DNA of 64,000 nucleotides from contig CAVVHE010000005.1 of NCBI GenBank assembly GCA_963748015.1, forward strand, positions 448,001 to 512,000. The letters run 5' to 3'. The position numbers were made by a program, and so were the translations under genes. The stretch is from Terriglobia bacterium (GTDB taxonomy: Bacteria; Acidobacteriota; Polarisedimenticolia; Polarisedimenticolales; JAIQFR01). This document shows, one piece after another, positions 9,035-16,933 of the stretch (position 1 is the first letter of the stretch; each line of letters opens with the position of its first letter). The notes under the pieces were generated by a model. It had not been told where the DNA came from. It searched no databases and saw nothing but the letters and a program-made list of their open reading frames with translations.

Positions 9035-10456
9035 ATGTCGAGCGCGCCTCCGGGAAGCAAGGCCATCCTGGTGGTCGTCGAGGCCGCGGATCTTCGCGAC
9101 CGGGCCACGACGATCCTCGCGCGCTCGGGCTATCAGCCGACCCCCGTCGAGCGGGGGGATGAGGCGCTGCCGATCCTGCTCGCCCGCCACCACGACGCGG
9201 TGCTGCTCGACCTCGAGATCCGGACGACGGACGCTTCCGAGCTGCTCCGGCGATTCCGCCGGGACAGCCCCGGCACGCCGGTGCTGGTGCTCGCCGATCC
9301 GGCGAGACTCCAGGCCGCGGTCCAGGCGCTACGCCAGGGGGCGGAGGATTACCTGCTCCGCCCACCCGACCCGTTCGAGCTGCGCACGCGGCTCGGGCGC
9401 ATTCTCGAGCGCCACGACCTGGACTCCCGCATCGCGCTCCTCCAGGGGGAGCTTTCGAAGAACCAGGGCCTCAAGAGCCTGGTCAGCCGGTCCCCCGCGA
9501 TGCAGGCGGTCCTCGACCGCGTGCTGCGGATCGCGCCGCTCCGGGCGACCGTGCTGATCCACGGCGAGAGCGGCGTGGGCAAGGAGCTCGTGGCGCGCTC
9601 GATCCACTTCAACTCGCCGAGGCGCGAGTACCCGTTCATCGCGCTCAATTGCGCCGCGATGCCGCAGAACCTCATCGAGTCGGAGCTGTTCGGCCACGAG
9701 AAGGGGTCGTTCACCGGCGCGCACGCCCGCGCCCGCGGGAAGTTCGAGATCGCGCACCGCGGGACCCTCTTCCTCGACGAGATCGGCGAGATGAACCACT
9801 CGACCCAGGCCAAGCTCCTCCGGGTCCTCGAGGAGAAGGAGTTCATGCGCGTCGGGGGCGACCAGAGCATCCGCGTGGACGTCCGCGTGATCGCGGCGAC
9901 CAACGCCGACCTCGAGGACATGGTGGAGCGCTCGCTCTTCCGCCGCGACCTCTACTACCGGCTCAAGGTCCTGATCGTCCAGGTGCCCCCGCTCAAGGAC
10001 CGGCGCGAGGACATCCCGGTGCTCGTCGAGACCTTTCTCGAGGAGTTGTCCCGCGCCAACGCCGTCCGTCCGAAGACCATCGTGCCGGAGGCGCTTTCCG
10101 CGCTCGTCGCCTACCACTGGCCCGGCAACGTGCGCGAGCTGAAGAACATCCTCGAGAGCGTCCTGGTGTCGAGCGCCGGCGACGTCATCCGCCTCGACGA
10201 CCTGCCCCCGTCGGTCCGACGGGAGAGCGCGACGTTCGAGAAGCCGGAGGTCGCGGTGGGGATGACCCTCGAAGACATGGAGCGGGAGCTGATCCGGAGG
10301 ACCCTCGAGCACACGGGCGGCAACCGGACGCACTGCGCCTCCCTCCTCGGCATAGGCGTGCGGACGCTGCAGCGGAAGATCCGCGGGTTCGAGATCGACG
10401 TCCCGTCGAAGCGGCGGCGGCCGCGCCGGCGCCCGGTCGTGGACGCCGGGCGTTGA
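9035..10456 (+). CDS. Sigma54-dependent Fis-family transcriptional activator with atypical receiver domain
   Basis: GESGVGKE Walker A, ESELFGHEKGSFTGA, LFLDEIGE, WPGNVREL, C-terminal HTH; start taken at ATG 9035. Confidence 0.9.
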   Translation: MSSAPPGSKAILVVVEAADLRDRATTILARSGYQPTPVERGDEALPILLARHHDAVLLDLEIRTTDASELLRRFRRDSPGTPVLVLADPARLQAAVQALRQGAEDYLLRPPDPFELRTRLGRILERHDLDSRIALLQGELSKNQGLKSLVSRSPAMQAVLDRVLRIAPLRATVLIHGESGVGKELVARSIHFNSPRREYPFIALNCAAMPQNLIESELFGHEKGSFTGAHARARGKFEIAHRGTLFLDEIGEMNHSTQAKLLRVLEEKEFMRVGGDQSIRVDVRVIAATNADLEDMVERSLFRRDLYYRLKVLIVQVPPLKDRREDIPVLVETFLEELSRANAVRPKTIVPEALSALVAYHWPGNVRELKNILESVLVSSAGDVIRLDDLPPSVRRESATFEKPEVAVGMTLEDMERELIRRTLEHTGGNRTHCASLLGIGVRTLQRKIRGFEIDVPSKRRRPRRRPVVDAGR

Positions 10457-10556
10457 GGGCGGTCGCGAACGCCGTCGAGCGCGCCGCGGAGCGCGACGCG
10501 CTCGATGCGTCGCTCGAGTCGCGACGTCCGATTTCGCGCGACGACGATTTTCCATC

Positions 10557-10584
10557 TTGACTCTCCGCTGCGCTCCTTTATATT
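10557..10584 (+). promoter_or_regulatory. Sigma70-type promoter for micro-protein gene 1
   Basis: TTGACT-N16-TATATT. Confidence 0.6.
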
Positions 10585-10644
10585 CGACGTCGAAGTAGAC
10601 CAACGGCTGCCGGAAGCGGCCGAAGAGAGGAGGTGAGATCCAAC

Positions 10645-10707
10645 ATGGCGACCAAGAAGAAGGCGGCGAAGAAGACCGCGAAGAAGAAGGTAGCGAAGAA
10701 GAAGTAG
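10645..10707 (+). CDS. Lys/Ala-rich micro-protein MATKKKAAKKTAKKKVAKKK (20 aa)
   Basis: GGAGGTG RBS, ATG to TAG, own promoter and terminator, near-identical paralog at 18612. Confidence 0.8.
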   Translation: MATKKKAAKKTAKKKVAKKK

Positions 10708-10765
10708 GCTTCGAAGAACCACGTGGGGCTTCGGGCCCCTGACTCGGAAAGAAAAAAGATCTCAA

Positions 10766-10797
10766 GGGGACGCCGCCGGCGGCGTCCCCGTTTTTTT
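10766..10797 (+). terminator. Rho-independent terminator
   Basis: GGGGACGCCGCCGGCGGCGTCCCC palindrome followed by T7. Confidence 0.85.
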
Positions 10798-10808
10798 CCG
10801 GGGCACTC

Positions 10809-10836
10809 TTAACACCGCTTTAACCCGCCGTTAACC
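10809..10836 (+). promoter_or_regulatory. Candidate PHO box (three TTAAC direct repeats at 11-bp period)
   Basis: TTAAC at 10809, 10820 and 10831 directly upstream of pstB-phoU-phoB-phoR. Confidence 0.7.
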
Positions 10837-10878
10837 CCCCCGTTGCCTTCTTGTCGTCCAATGAAACGGGGGGATAGG

Positions 10879-11784
10879 ATGGAACTCGTGGAGAACGGCG
10901 CTCCCGGCGTGAAGATGGCGGAGGCGATGGGAGGATCCCAGCACCGGACGCAAGGCGCGGCTCGTCCGGAGGGAGGCCCGTCCGCGCTCGCGGCCGCCTC
11001 CGAGGAGGCGGCGGGACGCCAGCGCATCGAGAGCCCCGTCCTCGACGTCCGGTCCCTCTCGCTCTGGTACGGCGACTCCCGGGCGCTCGACGGCATCTCG
11101 CTCGAGATCCCGCCGAAGAAGATCACGGCGTTCATCGGCCCCTCGGGATGCGGGAAGTCCACGCTGCTCCGCTGCTTCAACCGCATGAACGACCTCGTCG
11201 GCGACGTCCGGATCGAGGGAGAGGTGCTCTTCGAGGGGACCAAGGTCTACGACCCCGGCGTGGACGTCACCGCGCTCAGGAAGCGGATCGGGATGGTGTT
11301 CCAGAAGTCGAACCCTTTCCCGAAGTCGATCTACGAGAACGTCGCCTACGGGTGCCGGATCCACGGCGTGAGGCGGCGCCACCAGCTCGACGAGACCGTC
11401 GAGCGGAGCCTCCGCGGGGCCGCTCTCTGGGACGAGGTGAAGGACCGCCTGGACGAGAGCGCTCTCGGCCTCTCCGGCGGCCAGCAGCAGCGTCTGTGCA
11501 TCGCCCGGGCGATCGCGGTGGAGCCCGACGTGATCCTGCTCGACGAGCCCTGCTCCGCCCTGGACCCGATCGCCACGGCGAAGGTCGAGGAGCTGATGCG
11601 GGAGCTCCAGGACCGCTACACGCTGGTCATCGTCACGCACAACATGCAGCAGGCCTCGCGGGTCTCGGACTACACCGCGTTCCTCTATCTCGGCCGCCTG
11701 GTGGAATTCGGGGAGACCGAGAGGCTCTTCCTCAATCCGTCGAAGAAGCAGACGGAGGACTACATCACCGGCCGCTTCGGATAG
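10879..11784 (+). CDS. pstB: Phosphate ABC transporter ATP-binding protein
   Basis: [51 protein letters not shown]. Confidence 0.95.
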   Translation: MELVENGAPGVKMAEAMGGSQHRTQGAARPEGGPSALAAASEEAAGRQRIESPVLDVRSLSLWYGDSRALDGISLEIPPKKITAFIGPSGCGKSTLLRCFNRMNDLVGDVRIEGEVLFEGTKVYDPGVDVTALRKRIGMVFQKSNPFPKSIYENVAYGCRIHGVRRRHQLDETVERSLRGAALWDEVKDRLDESALGLSGGQQQRLCIARAIAVEPDVILLDEPCSALDPIATAKVEELMRELQDRYTLVIVTHNMQQASRVSDYTAFLYLGRLVEFGETERLFLNPSKKQTEDYITGRFG

Positions 11785-11869
11785 CCCGGCGGCGGGGTTC
11801 CGGTCCCGCGGCGCTTGACGGTAGACTCTTCCCCGGTAGTGCCGCCGAGGCGCCCGCGGAGAAAGGCCC

Positions 11870-12565
11870 ATGGAACGACGCGTACGGCATTTCGAGGAGC
11901 AGCTCGACCTCCTCACGGAGAAGATCCTCCTCCTCGGCGGACTGGTGGAGCAGGCGATCGGCCGCTCGGTGGACGCCCTCGTCGGACGGGACTCGGACGT
12001 GGCCCGCCTGGTGATCGCGAACGACGCCGAGGTGGACCGGGTGGAGCTCGAGATCGACCGGATCTGCATGGAGACGCTCGCACTCCAGCAGCCGTTCGCG
12101 CGCGATCTCCGGTTCATCACCACCGCGATGAAGATCACGACCGATCTCGAGCGGATCGGCGACCTCGCCGTCAACGTCAGCGAGCGCGCCCTCGAGCTGA
12201 ACGAGGAGCCCCAGCTGAAGCCGTTCGTGGACCTGCCGCTCATGGCGCGGCGGGCCCAGGAGATGGTCCACGGGGCCCTCGACGCCTTCGTCCAGCGGGA
12301 CGCGATCGCCGCGCGCGCGGTGATCGCGATGGACGACGACCTCGACGCGAGGATGGAGCAGATCTTCCGGGAGCTGCTCTCGTTCATGGTGGAGGAGCCG
12401 AAGTCCATCACGCGGGCCCTCCGCCTGACCTTCGTGGCCAAGTACTTCGAGAGGATCGGGGACCAGGCGACCAACGTCTGCGAGCAGGTGGTCTACATGT
12501 GCGAGGGGCAGGTGATCAAGCACCCCTGGCTCGCCTCCGACCACAAGGACGAATCGGCGGGATGA
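11870..12565 (+). CDS. phoU: Phosphate signalling complex protein PhoU
   Basis: QQPFARDLR, DLERIGDLAVN and ERIGDQATNVCE tandem PhoU repeats. Confidence 0.95.
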   Translation: MERRVRHFEEQLDLLTEKILLLGGLVEQAIGRSVDALVGRDSDVARLVIANDAEVDRVELEIDRICMETLALQQPFARDLRFITTAMKITTDLERIGDLAVNVSERALELNEEPQLKPFVDLPLMARRAQEMVHGALDAFVQRDAIAARAVIAMDDDLDARMEQIFRELLSFMVEEPKSITRALRLTFVAKYFERIGDQATNVCEQVVYMCEGQVIKHPWLASDHKDESAG

Positions 12566-13251
12566 AACGGATTCTCCTGATCGAGGACGACGCGGACATC
12601 GCCCTCTCTCTCCGGTACAATCTCGAAAGGGACGGCGCGTTCGAGGTCGCGACGGTCCGCGACGGCGAGGACGGCCTCCGGGCCGCGCTCGAGCGCCCGC
12701 CGGACCTCGTCCTCCTGGATCTCAACCTGCCCGGAATGGACGGCGTCGAGGTGTGCCGACGTCTCCGCGCAGCGAAGTCCACGTCGGAAATCCCCATCAT
12801 CATGATCACGGCCCGCGCCGAGGAGTCCCAGCGCGTGAGCGGGCTCGACCAAGGGGCGGACGACTACATCACGAAGCCATTCTCGCTCCGCGAGGTGCAG
12901 GCGCGGGTCCGGGCGGTGCTCCGCCGCGCAGGGCCCGAGGCCGCGGAGCGCGGATCGCTCTCGGACCCGCCCCTGGTCCTGGATCTCGAGGCCCGCCGCG
13001 TGATCGTCGCAGGACGGGAGGTCGCCCTCACTCGGAGGGAGTTCGACCTACTGGCCGATCTCCTCCGCCATCGCGGCCGGGTCCGGACGCGCGAGCGGCT
13101 GCTCGAAAAGGTCTGGGGTTACGACTTTCCGGGCGAGACGCGGACCGTGGACGTCCACGTTCGACGGCTGAGGCAGAAGCTCGGACCGGAGATCGAGCCG
13201 CGCCTCGAGACGGTGGTCGGCGTCGGCTACCGCTGGCGAGGGAGCGAATGA
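12562..13251 (+). CDS. phoB: OmpR-family response regulator PhoB/PhoP
   Basis: MKRILLIEDD receiver, LLDLNLP, GADDYITKPF, winged helix RTVDVHVRRLRQKL; ATGA overlap with phoU. Confidence 0.85.
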   Translation: MKRILLIEDDADIALSLRYNLERDGAFEVATVRDGEDGLRAALERPPDLVLLDLNLPGMDGVEVCRRLRAAKSTSEIPIIMITARAEESQRVSGLDQGADDYITKPFSLREVQARVRAVLRRAGPEAAERGSLSDPPLVLDLEARRVIVAGREVALTRREFDLLADLLRHRGRVRTRERLLEKVWGYDFPGETRTVDVHVRRLRQKLGPEIEPRLETVVGVGYRWRGSE

Positions 13252-15002
13252 GGATCCGCCACAAGCTCCTGGTAGCGCTGCTGGCCACCGCTCTCGTCGC
13301 CTCGGTGGCCGTCGGGTTCGGCTCGGCGCGGCTCCTTCACTCCGCCGTCGGGGGCCGCTTCGCAGAGAGGATCCGCTCCGAGATCGCGCTGCTGGCCGCT
13401 TCGGCCGCGGTCCGGATACCCCCGGAGGGCCCGGAGGCCTTCGCGAGGGAAGCCGGGAGACTTCTCGGGGTCCGCGTGACCCTCATCGGCGCCGACGGTG
13501 TCGTCGTCGGGGACTCCGCGGAGTCCGAGGCCGACCTGCCCGCGATGGAGAACCATCTCTCCCGTCCGGAGATCGTCGAGGCCGGCCGCGACGGGCTCGG
13601 CGAAGCCACGCGGGTGTCGCGCAGCACCGGCATCGAGTACTTCTACACGGCGCGCCGCGTGGAGGGGAAGGGCCCGGTCGCCTACGTGCGCATCGCGCTT
13701 CCGACCTCGCGCGTCCGGCAGGTCGAGACCCACTACCTCTGGCTCATGGGCGGCGTCACGCTCGGTTCGCTCCTGGCTCTGACCGCGATCGCCTACGTCC
13801 TCGTCCGCCGCCTCTCGAGGCCGATCGAGCACATGAGCCGGTCCGCCGACCGGACCGCGTCGGGGGATCTGTCGTCGGAGGTCCCGTACGAGGGGACGGA
13901 CGAGCTGGCGCATCTCGCCGCGTCGATCAACCGCATGAAACGCGCGCTCGTGGACAAGATCGCCGAGCTCGATTCGGAGCGAGCCGTCCTGCGCTCGGTC
14001 GTCAGCGGGATGAAGGAGGGCCTCCTGCTCGTCGGGCCCGACCGGCGGATCGAGCTGGCCAACGACGCGTTCCGGCAGATCTTCGGGGTCCCGTTCGATC
14101 CCTCGGGACACCTTCTGGCCGAGGCGATCCGGAATCCCGCGGTGATCCGGGATCTCGACCGGGCGCTGGGAGAGGGCTCCGAGGTGATCGACCTGGTGCT
14201 TGAGGCGGCGGATTCGGGCCGTTCGTTCGAGGTCCACGTCACCCCCCTGCCGGCGAGGCCGTCGGGGCTGCCGGGGGGAGCGCTCGTGCTGTTCTTCGAC
14301 GTCACGCGCCTTCTCGCCCTCGAGAGCGTGCGGCGGGACTTCGTCGCCGACGTCTCGCACGAGCTCCGCACGCCCCTCACCTCGATCCGCGCGTTCGTGG
14401 AGACCCTCCTCGACGGCGGGATCGAGGACCGCGAGAACGCGACCCGGTTCCTCGAGATCGCCCGGAGGCACACCGCCCGCATGGAGGCCCTGATCGACGA
14501 CCTCACGGACCTGTCCCTGATCGAGACCGGCTCGATCGAGCTGGTCCGGGAAGAGGTGGACGCCGGCGAGCTCGCCCGCGAGGTGGCGGGCGAGGTCTCG
14601 CTCCGCCACGCGGCGGCGGGCGTCGCCATCGAGGTGGATTTTCCCTCGCCGCTCAGGATAGAGGCCGACCGCAGGCGGCTGACGCAGGTCCTCGTCAACC
14701 TCGTGGACAACGGGATCAAGTTCAACCGCCCCGGCGGGTCCGTTCGCATCGTGGGGCGCATCGAGGACGGAAGGCCGACGATCGTCGTCGAGGACACCGG
14801 CACGGGAATCCCGTCGGAGAGCCTCGAGAAGATCTTCCACCGCTTCTACCGGGTGGACAAGGCCCGCTCGCGCGACCTCGGCGGGACCGGCCTCGGCCTC
14901 GCGATCGTCAAGCACCTGATGCGACTGCACGGCGGAACGGTCCGCGCGGAGTCCGAGCTCGGCCACGGCTCGAGATTCGTCCTGGAATTCCCCCCCGCCT
15001 GA
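13248..15002 (+). CDS. phoR: Sensor histidine kinase PhoR (TM-Cache-HAMP-PAS-HisKA-HATPase)
   Basis: MENHLSRPEI, RRDFVADVSHELRTPLTSI, FYRVDKARSRDLGGTGLGLAIVKH. Confidence 0.9.
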   Translation: MRIRHKLLVALLATALVASVAVGFGSARLLHSAVGGRFAERIRSEIALLAASAAVRIPPEGPEAFAREAGRLLGVRVTLIGADGVVVGDSAESEADLPAMENHLSRPEIVEAGRDGLGEATRVSRSTGIEYFYTARRVEGKGPVAYVRIALPTSRVRQVETHYLWLMGGVTLGSLLALTAIAYVLVRRLSRPIEHMSRSADRTASGDLSSEVPYEGTDELAHLAASINRMKRALVDKIAELDSERAVLRSVVSGMKEGLLLVGPDRRIELANDAFRQIFGVPFDPSGHLLAEAIRNPAVIRDLDRALGEGSEVIDLVLEAADSGRSFEVHVTPLPARPSGLPGGALVLFFDVTRLLALESVRRDFVADVSHELRTPLTSIRAFVETLLDGGIEDRENATRFLEIARRHTARMEALIDDLTDLSLIETGSIELVREEVDAGELAREVAGEVSLRHAAAGVAIEVDFPSPLRIEADRRRLTQVLVNLVDNGIKFNRPGGSVRIVGRIEDGRPTIVVEDTGTGIPSESLEKIFHRFYRVDKARSRDLGGTGLGLAIVKHLMRLHGGTVRAESELGHGSRFVLEFPPA

Positions 15003-15008
15003 CGCACA

Positions 15009-15174
15009 GACCGGAAGCTCACCTCCGACCTCGACCCGAAGCGGCCCTCTTTTCGAGCGGCCGGTTCTTCCTTTAAAGGCCGCGAGAAAAGCGGAGCAAG
15101 GCGGAGCGGCGACGTTAAGCCGCGATCCGCCGCAGCGTGCCGCGCGGGTCGAGGTCGGAGGTGAGCTTCCGGTC
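15009..15174 (-). repeat. Structured intergenic repeat, copy 5 (166 bp, inverted)
   Basis: Perfect 30-bp inverted arms 15009-15038/15145-15174; core nearly identical to the reverse complement of copy 1. Confidence 0.9.
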
Positions 15175-15188
15175 CCCGGCGCGATCGA

Positions 15189-16004
15189 TCAGCGCGGGGC
15201 GTCGGGGCGGAGCTGGAGCTGGACGGATTTCGGGACGTGCGGCACGGGAACGGGGAGCGGCGGCGGGCTCCCCACCTTCGCGATGCGGATCTTCGTCACC
15301 GTGATCGGCTCGATCGGCCTGCCGGTTCTCGTGGAGGTCTTCACCTCGCTGATGCGTTGGGCCACGTCGAGCCCCGACACCACCATGCCGAAGCAGGGGT
15401 AATTCCGCGTCAGGAACGACGTCGTCCAGGGAGTGATCACGAACTTGACGCCGCTGATCCGGTTCCCCACCGAGCGGATCATGCCGAGCCGCCCGGGAGC
15501 GGAGAAGTCCACCGGACCGTCCCCTTCCTGCGGCACGTAGAAGGGCGCCGAGTACCGGCCCGCGTCGGTCCTCTCGCCGAGCTCGACGCGCTCCGAAGCG
15601 ATGGCGCGCGACACCAGCTGTCCGTCGTAGTAGGGCTCGTGGCGCGGCTCGCCGCTGACGGGATCGGGCCAGCCGAGACGGCCTTCGGCGAGCGCGGCGA
15701 AGTGCGCGACCGACTGGGGCGCCTGGTCGGGCAGGAGACGGGCGACGATCGTGCCCATGCTGGTTTCGATCCGGGCGTACCAGCCTTCCTGCAGGTCCTT
15801 CGGCAGCGGGACGGCCTCGCCGGCGACGGGCGAGGTCGGCGAGAGCGAATAGGGCGCGGGTGCCGGAGAGGTAGCGGGCGCGGTCGCAGCCGCGGGCGCC
15901 GGCGGGGCGGGAGGGGGAGACGCGCCGGGCTCGCCGCCGACGGTCCCCGACAGCGCGAGGACCGCGACGATGGAGGCAAAGAGACTCCGCGTGCCCGTGC
16001 TCAT
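15189..16004 (-). CDS. Secreted cyclophilin-type PPIase homolog (divergent active site)
   Basis: Signal peptide, ARIETSMGTIVARLLPDQAPQSVAHFAALAEG, FGMVVSGLDV. Confidence 0.8.
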   Translation of the reverse strand: MSTGTRSLFASIVAVLALSGTVGGEPGASPPPAPPAPAAATAPATSPAPAPYSLSPTSPVAGEAVPLPKDLQEGWYARIETSMGTIVARLLPDQAPQSVAHFAALAEGRLGWPDPVSGEPRHEPYYDGQLVSRAIASERVELGERTDAGRYSAPFYVPQEGDGPVDFSAPGRLGMIRSVGNRISGVKFVITPWTTSFLTRNYPCFGMVVSGLDVAQRISEVKTSTRTGRPIEPITVTKIRIAKVGSPPPLPVPVPHVPKSVQLQLRPDAPR

Positions 16005-16029
16005 CCGCCCACTCCCCCGTCTTCCGCGA

Positions 16030-16758
16030 CTACGGCTTGGCTTCGGGCTTACCCTCGGCGGGCTTCGTCTCCGCGGCCTTCTTGGCCTCGCCCTTCACGA
16101 CGGTGGCCTTCTTGATGAAGTCGAGCTGCGGGAATTGCGCCGCGAGGTACTTGTTCCCCTCGTTCTGGACCTTGCTCTGGTCGGGTCCCCGGCCGCGAGG
16201 CGCGCCCTCGCCGTACTCGGCATAGAGACCGTCCACGACTTCCATCCCCTCGACGATCTTGCCGAGCGGAGAGAATCCCTGCCCGTCCAGGAACGAGTTG
16301 TCGGTGTAGTTGACGAACAGCTGCGTGGTGCGGGTATTCGGCCCCGCGGTGGCGAAGGTGAGCATTCCCCTCTTGTTGCTCTCCTTGACGGGGTCGTCGG
16401 GGATGCTCGCTCCCCGCCAGACGGCGGAGACGGCGGGGTCGCCGTGGATGCCGAACTGGGCCATGAAGGGCCGCGGCTGGCGAATGACGCGGAAGAACCT
16501 CACCTCGTCGTAGTACCCGCTCTTGACCAGGTTATAGAAACGGTCGGCCCCGTTCGGCGCCCAGGCGCGGTTCACCTCGACCACGAAGTCGCCCTTGCTC
16601 GTCTCGAACTTCACCCGGAAGGCGTCCGGCGCCTTCTCGTTGAGCGCAGCGGGATTCATCAGCTTCTCCTTCGCCGTGCCTGCTGCGGGGGCCGCGAACG
16701 TCGCCGTCATGGCGAGCGCAAGCACCGGAACGAGCACGGCCAACGGGGTGGCTCTCAT
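16030..16758 (-). CDS. Secreted cyclophilin-type peptidyl-prolyl cis-trans isomerase
   Basis: WAPNGADRFYNLV, FFRVI, FMAQFGIHGDP, AGPNTRTTQLFVN, FSPLGKIVEGM. Confidence 0.9.
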   Translation of the reverse strand: MRATPLAVLVPVLALAMTATFAAPAAGTAKEKLMNPAALNEKAPDAFRVKFETSKGDFVVEVNRAWAPNGADRFYNLVKSGYYDEVRFFRVIRQPRPFMAQFGIHGDPAVSAVWRGASIPDDPVKESNKRGMLTFATAGPNTRTTQLFVNYTDNSFLDGQGFSPLGKIVEGMEVVDGLYAEYGEGAPRGRGPDQSKVQNEGNKYLAAQFPQLDFIKKATVVKGEAKKAAETKPAEGKPEAKP

Positions 16759-16933
16759 CGGGATCCTCCTCGGCGGGAACTCCGGGGCTAGCGAAACCCC
16801 GCGAATCCACGCACGGCGTTGCATCGTACCCCCCGCTTCCGGGCGGCGCAACCGGCCTTGAACGCCCGGGACGCGGGACCTATATTCCGAGCCGAGGCCG
16901 GGCGAGTACCAGTGTGGCCAGCGGGGAGGACGA

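Noticed and set aside
10645..10707. AAG-rich tract as a microsatellite
   Set aside because: It has an RBS, start, stop, promoter, terminator and a paralog with synonymous changes, so it is better explained as a gene
783..15174. Repeat family as a CRISPR array or IS ends
   Set aside because: The copies are dispersed and in both orientations, there is no repeat-spacer periodicity, and no cas or transposase ORF lies between them
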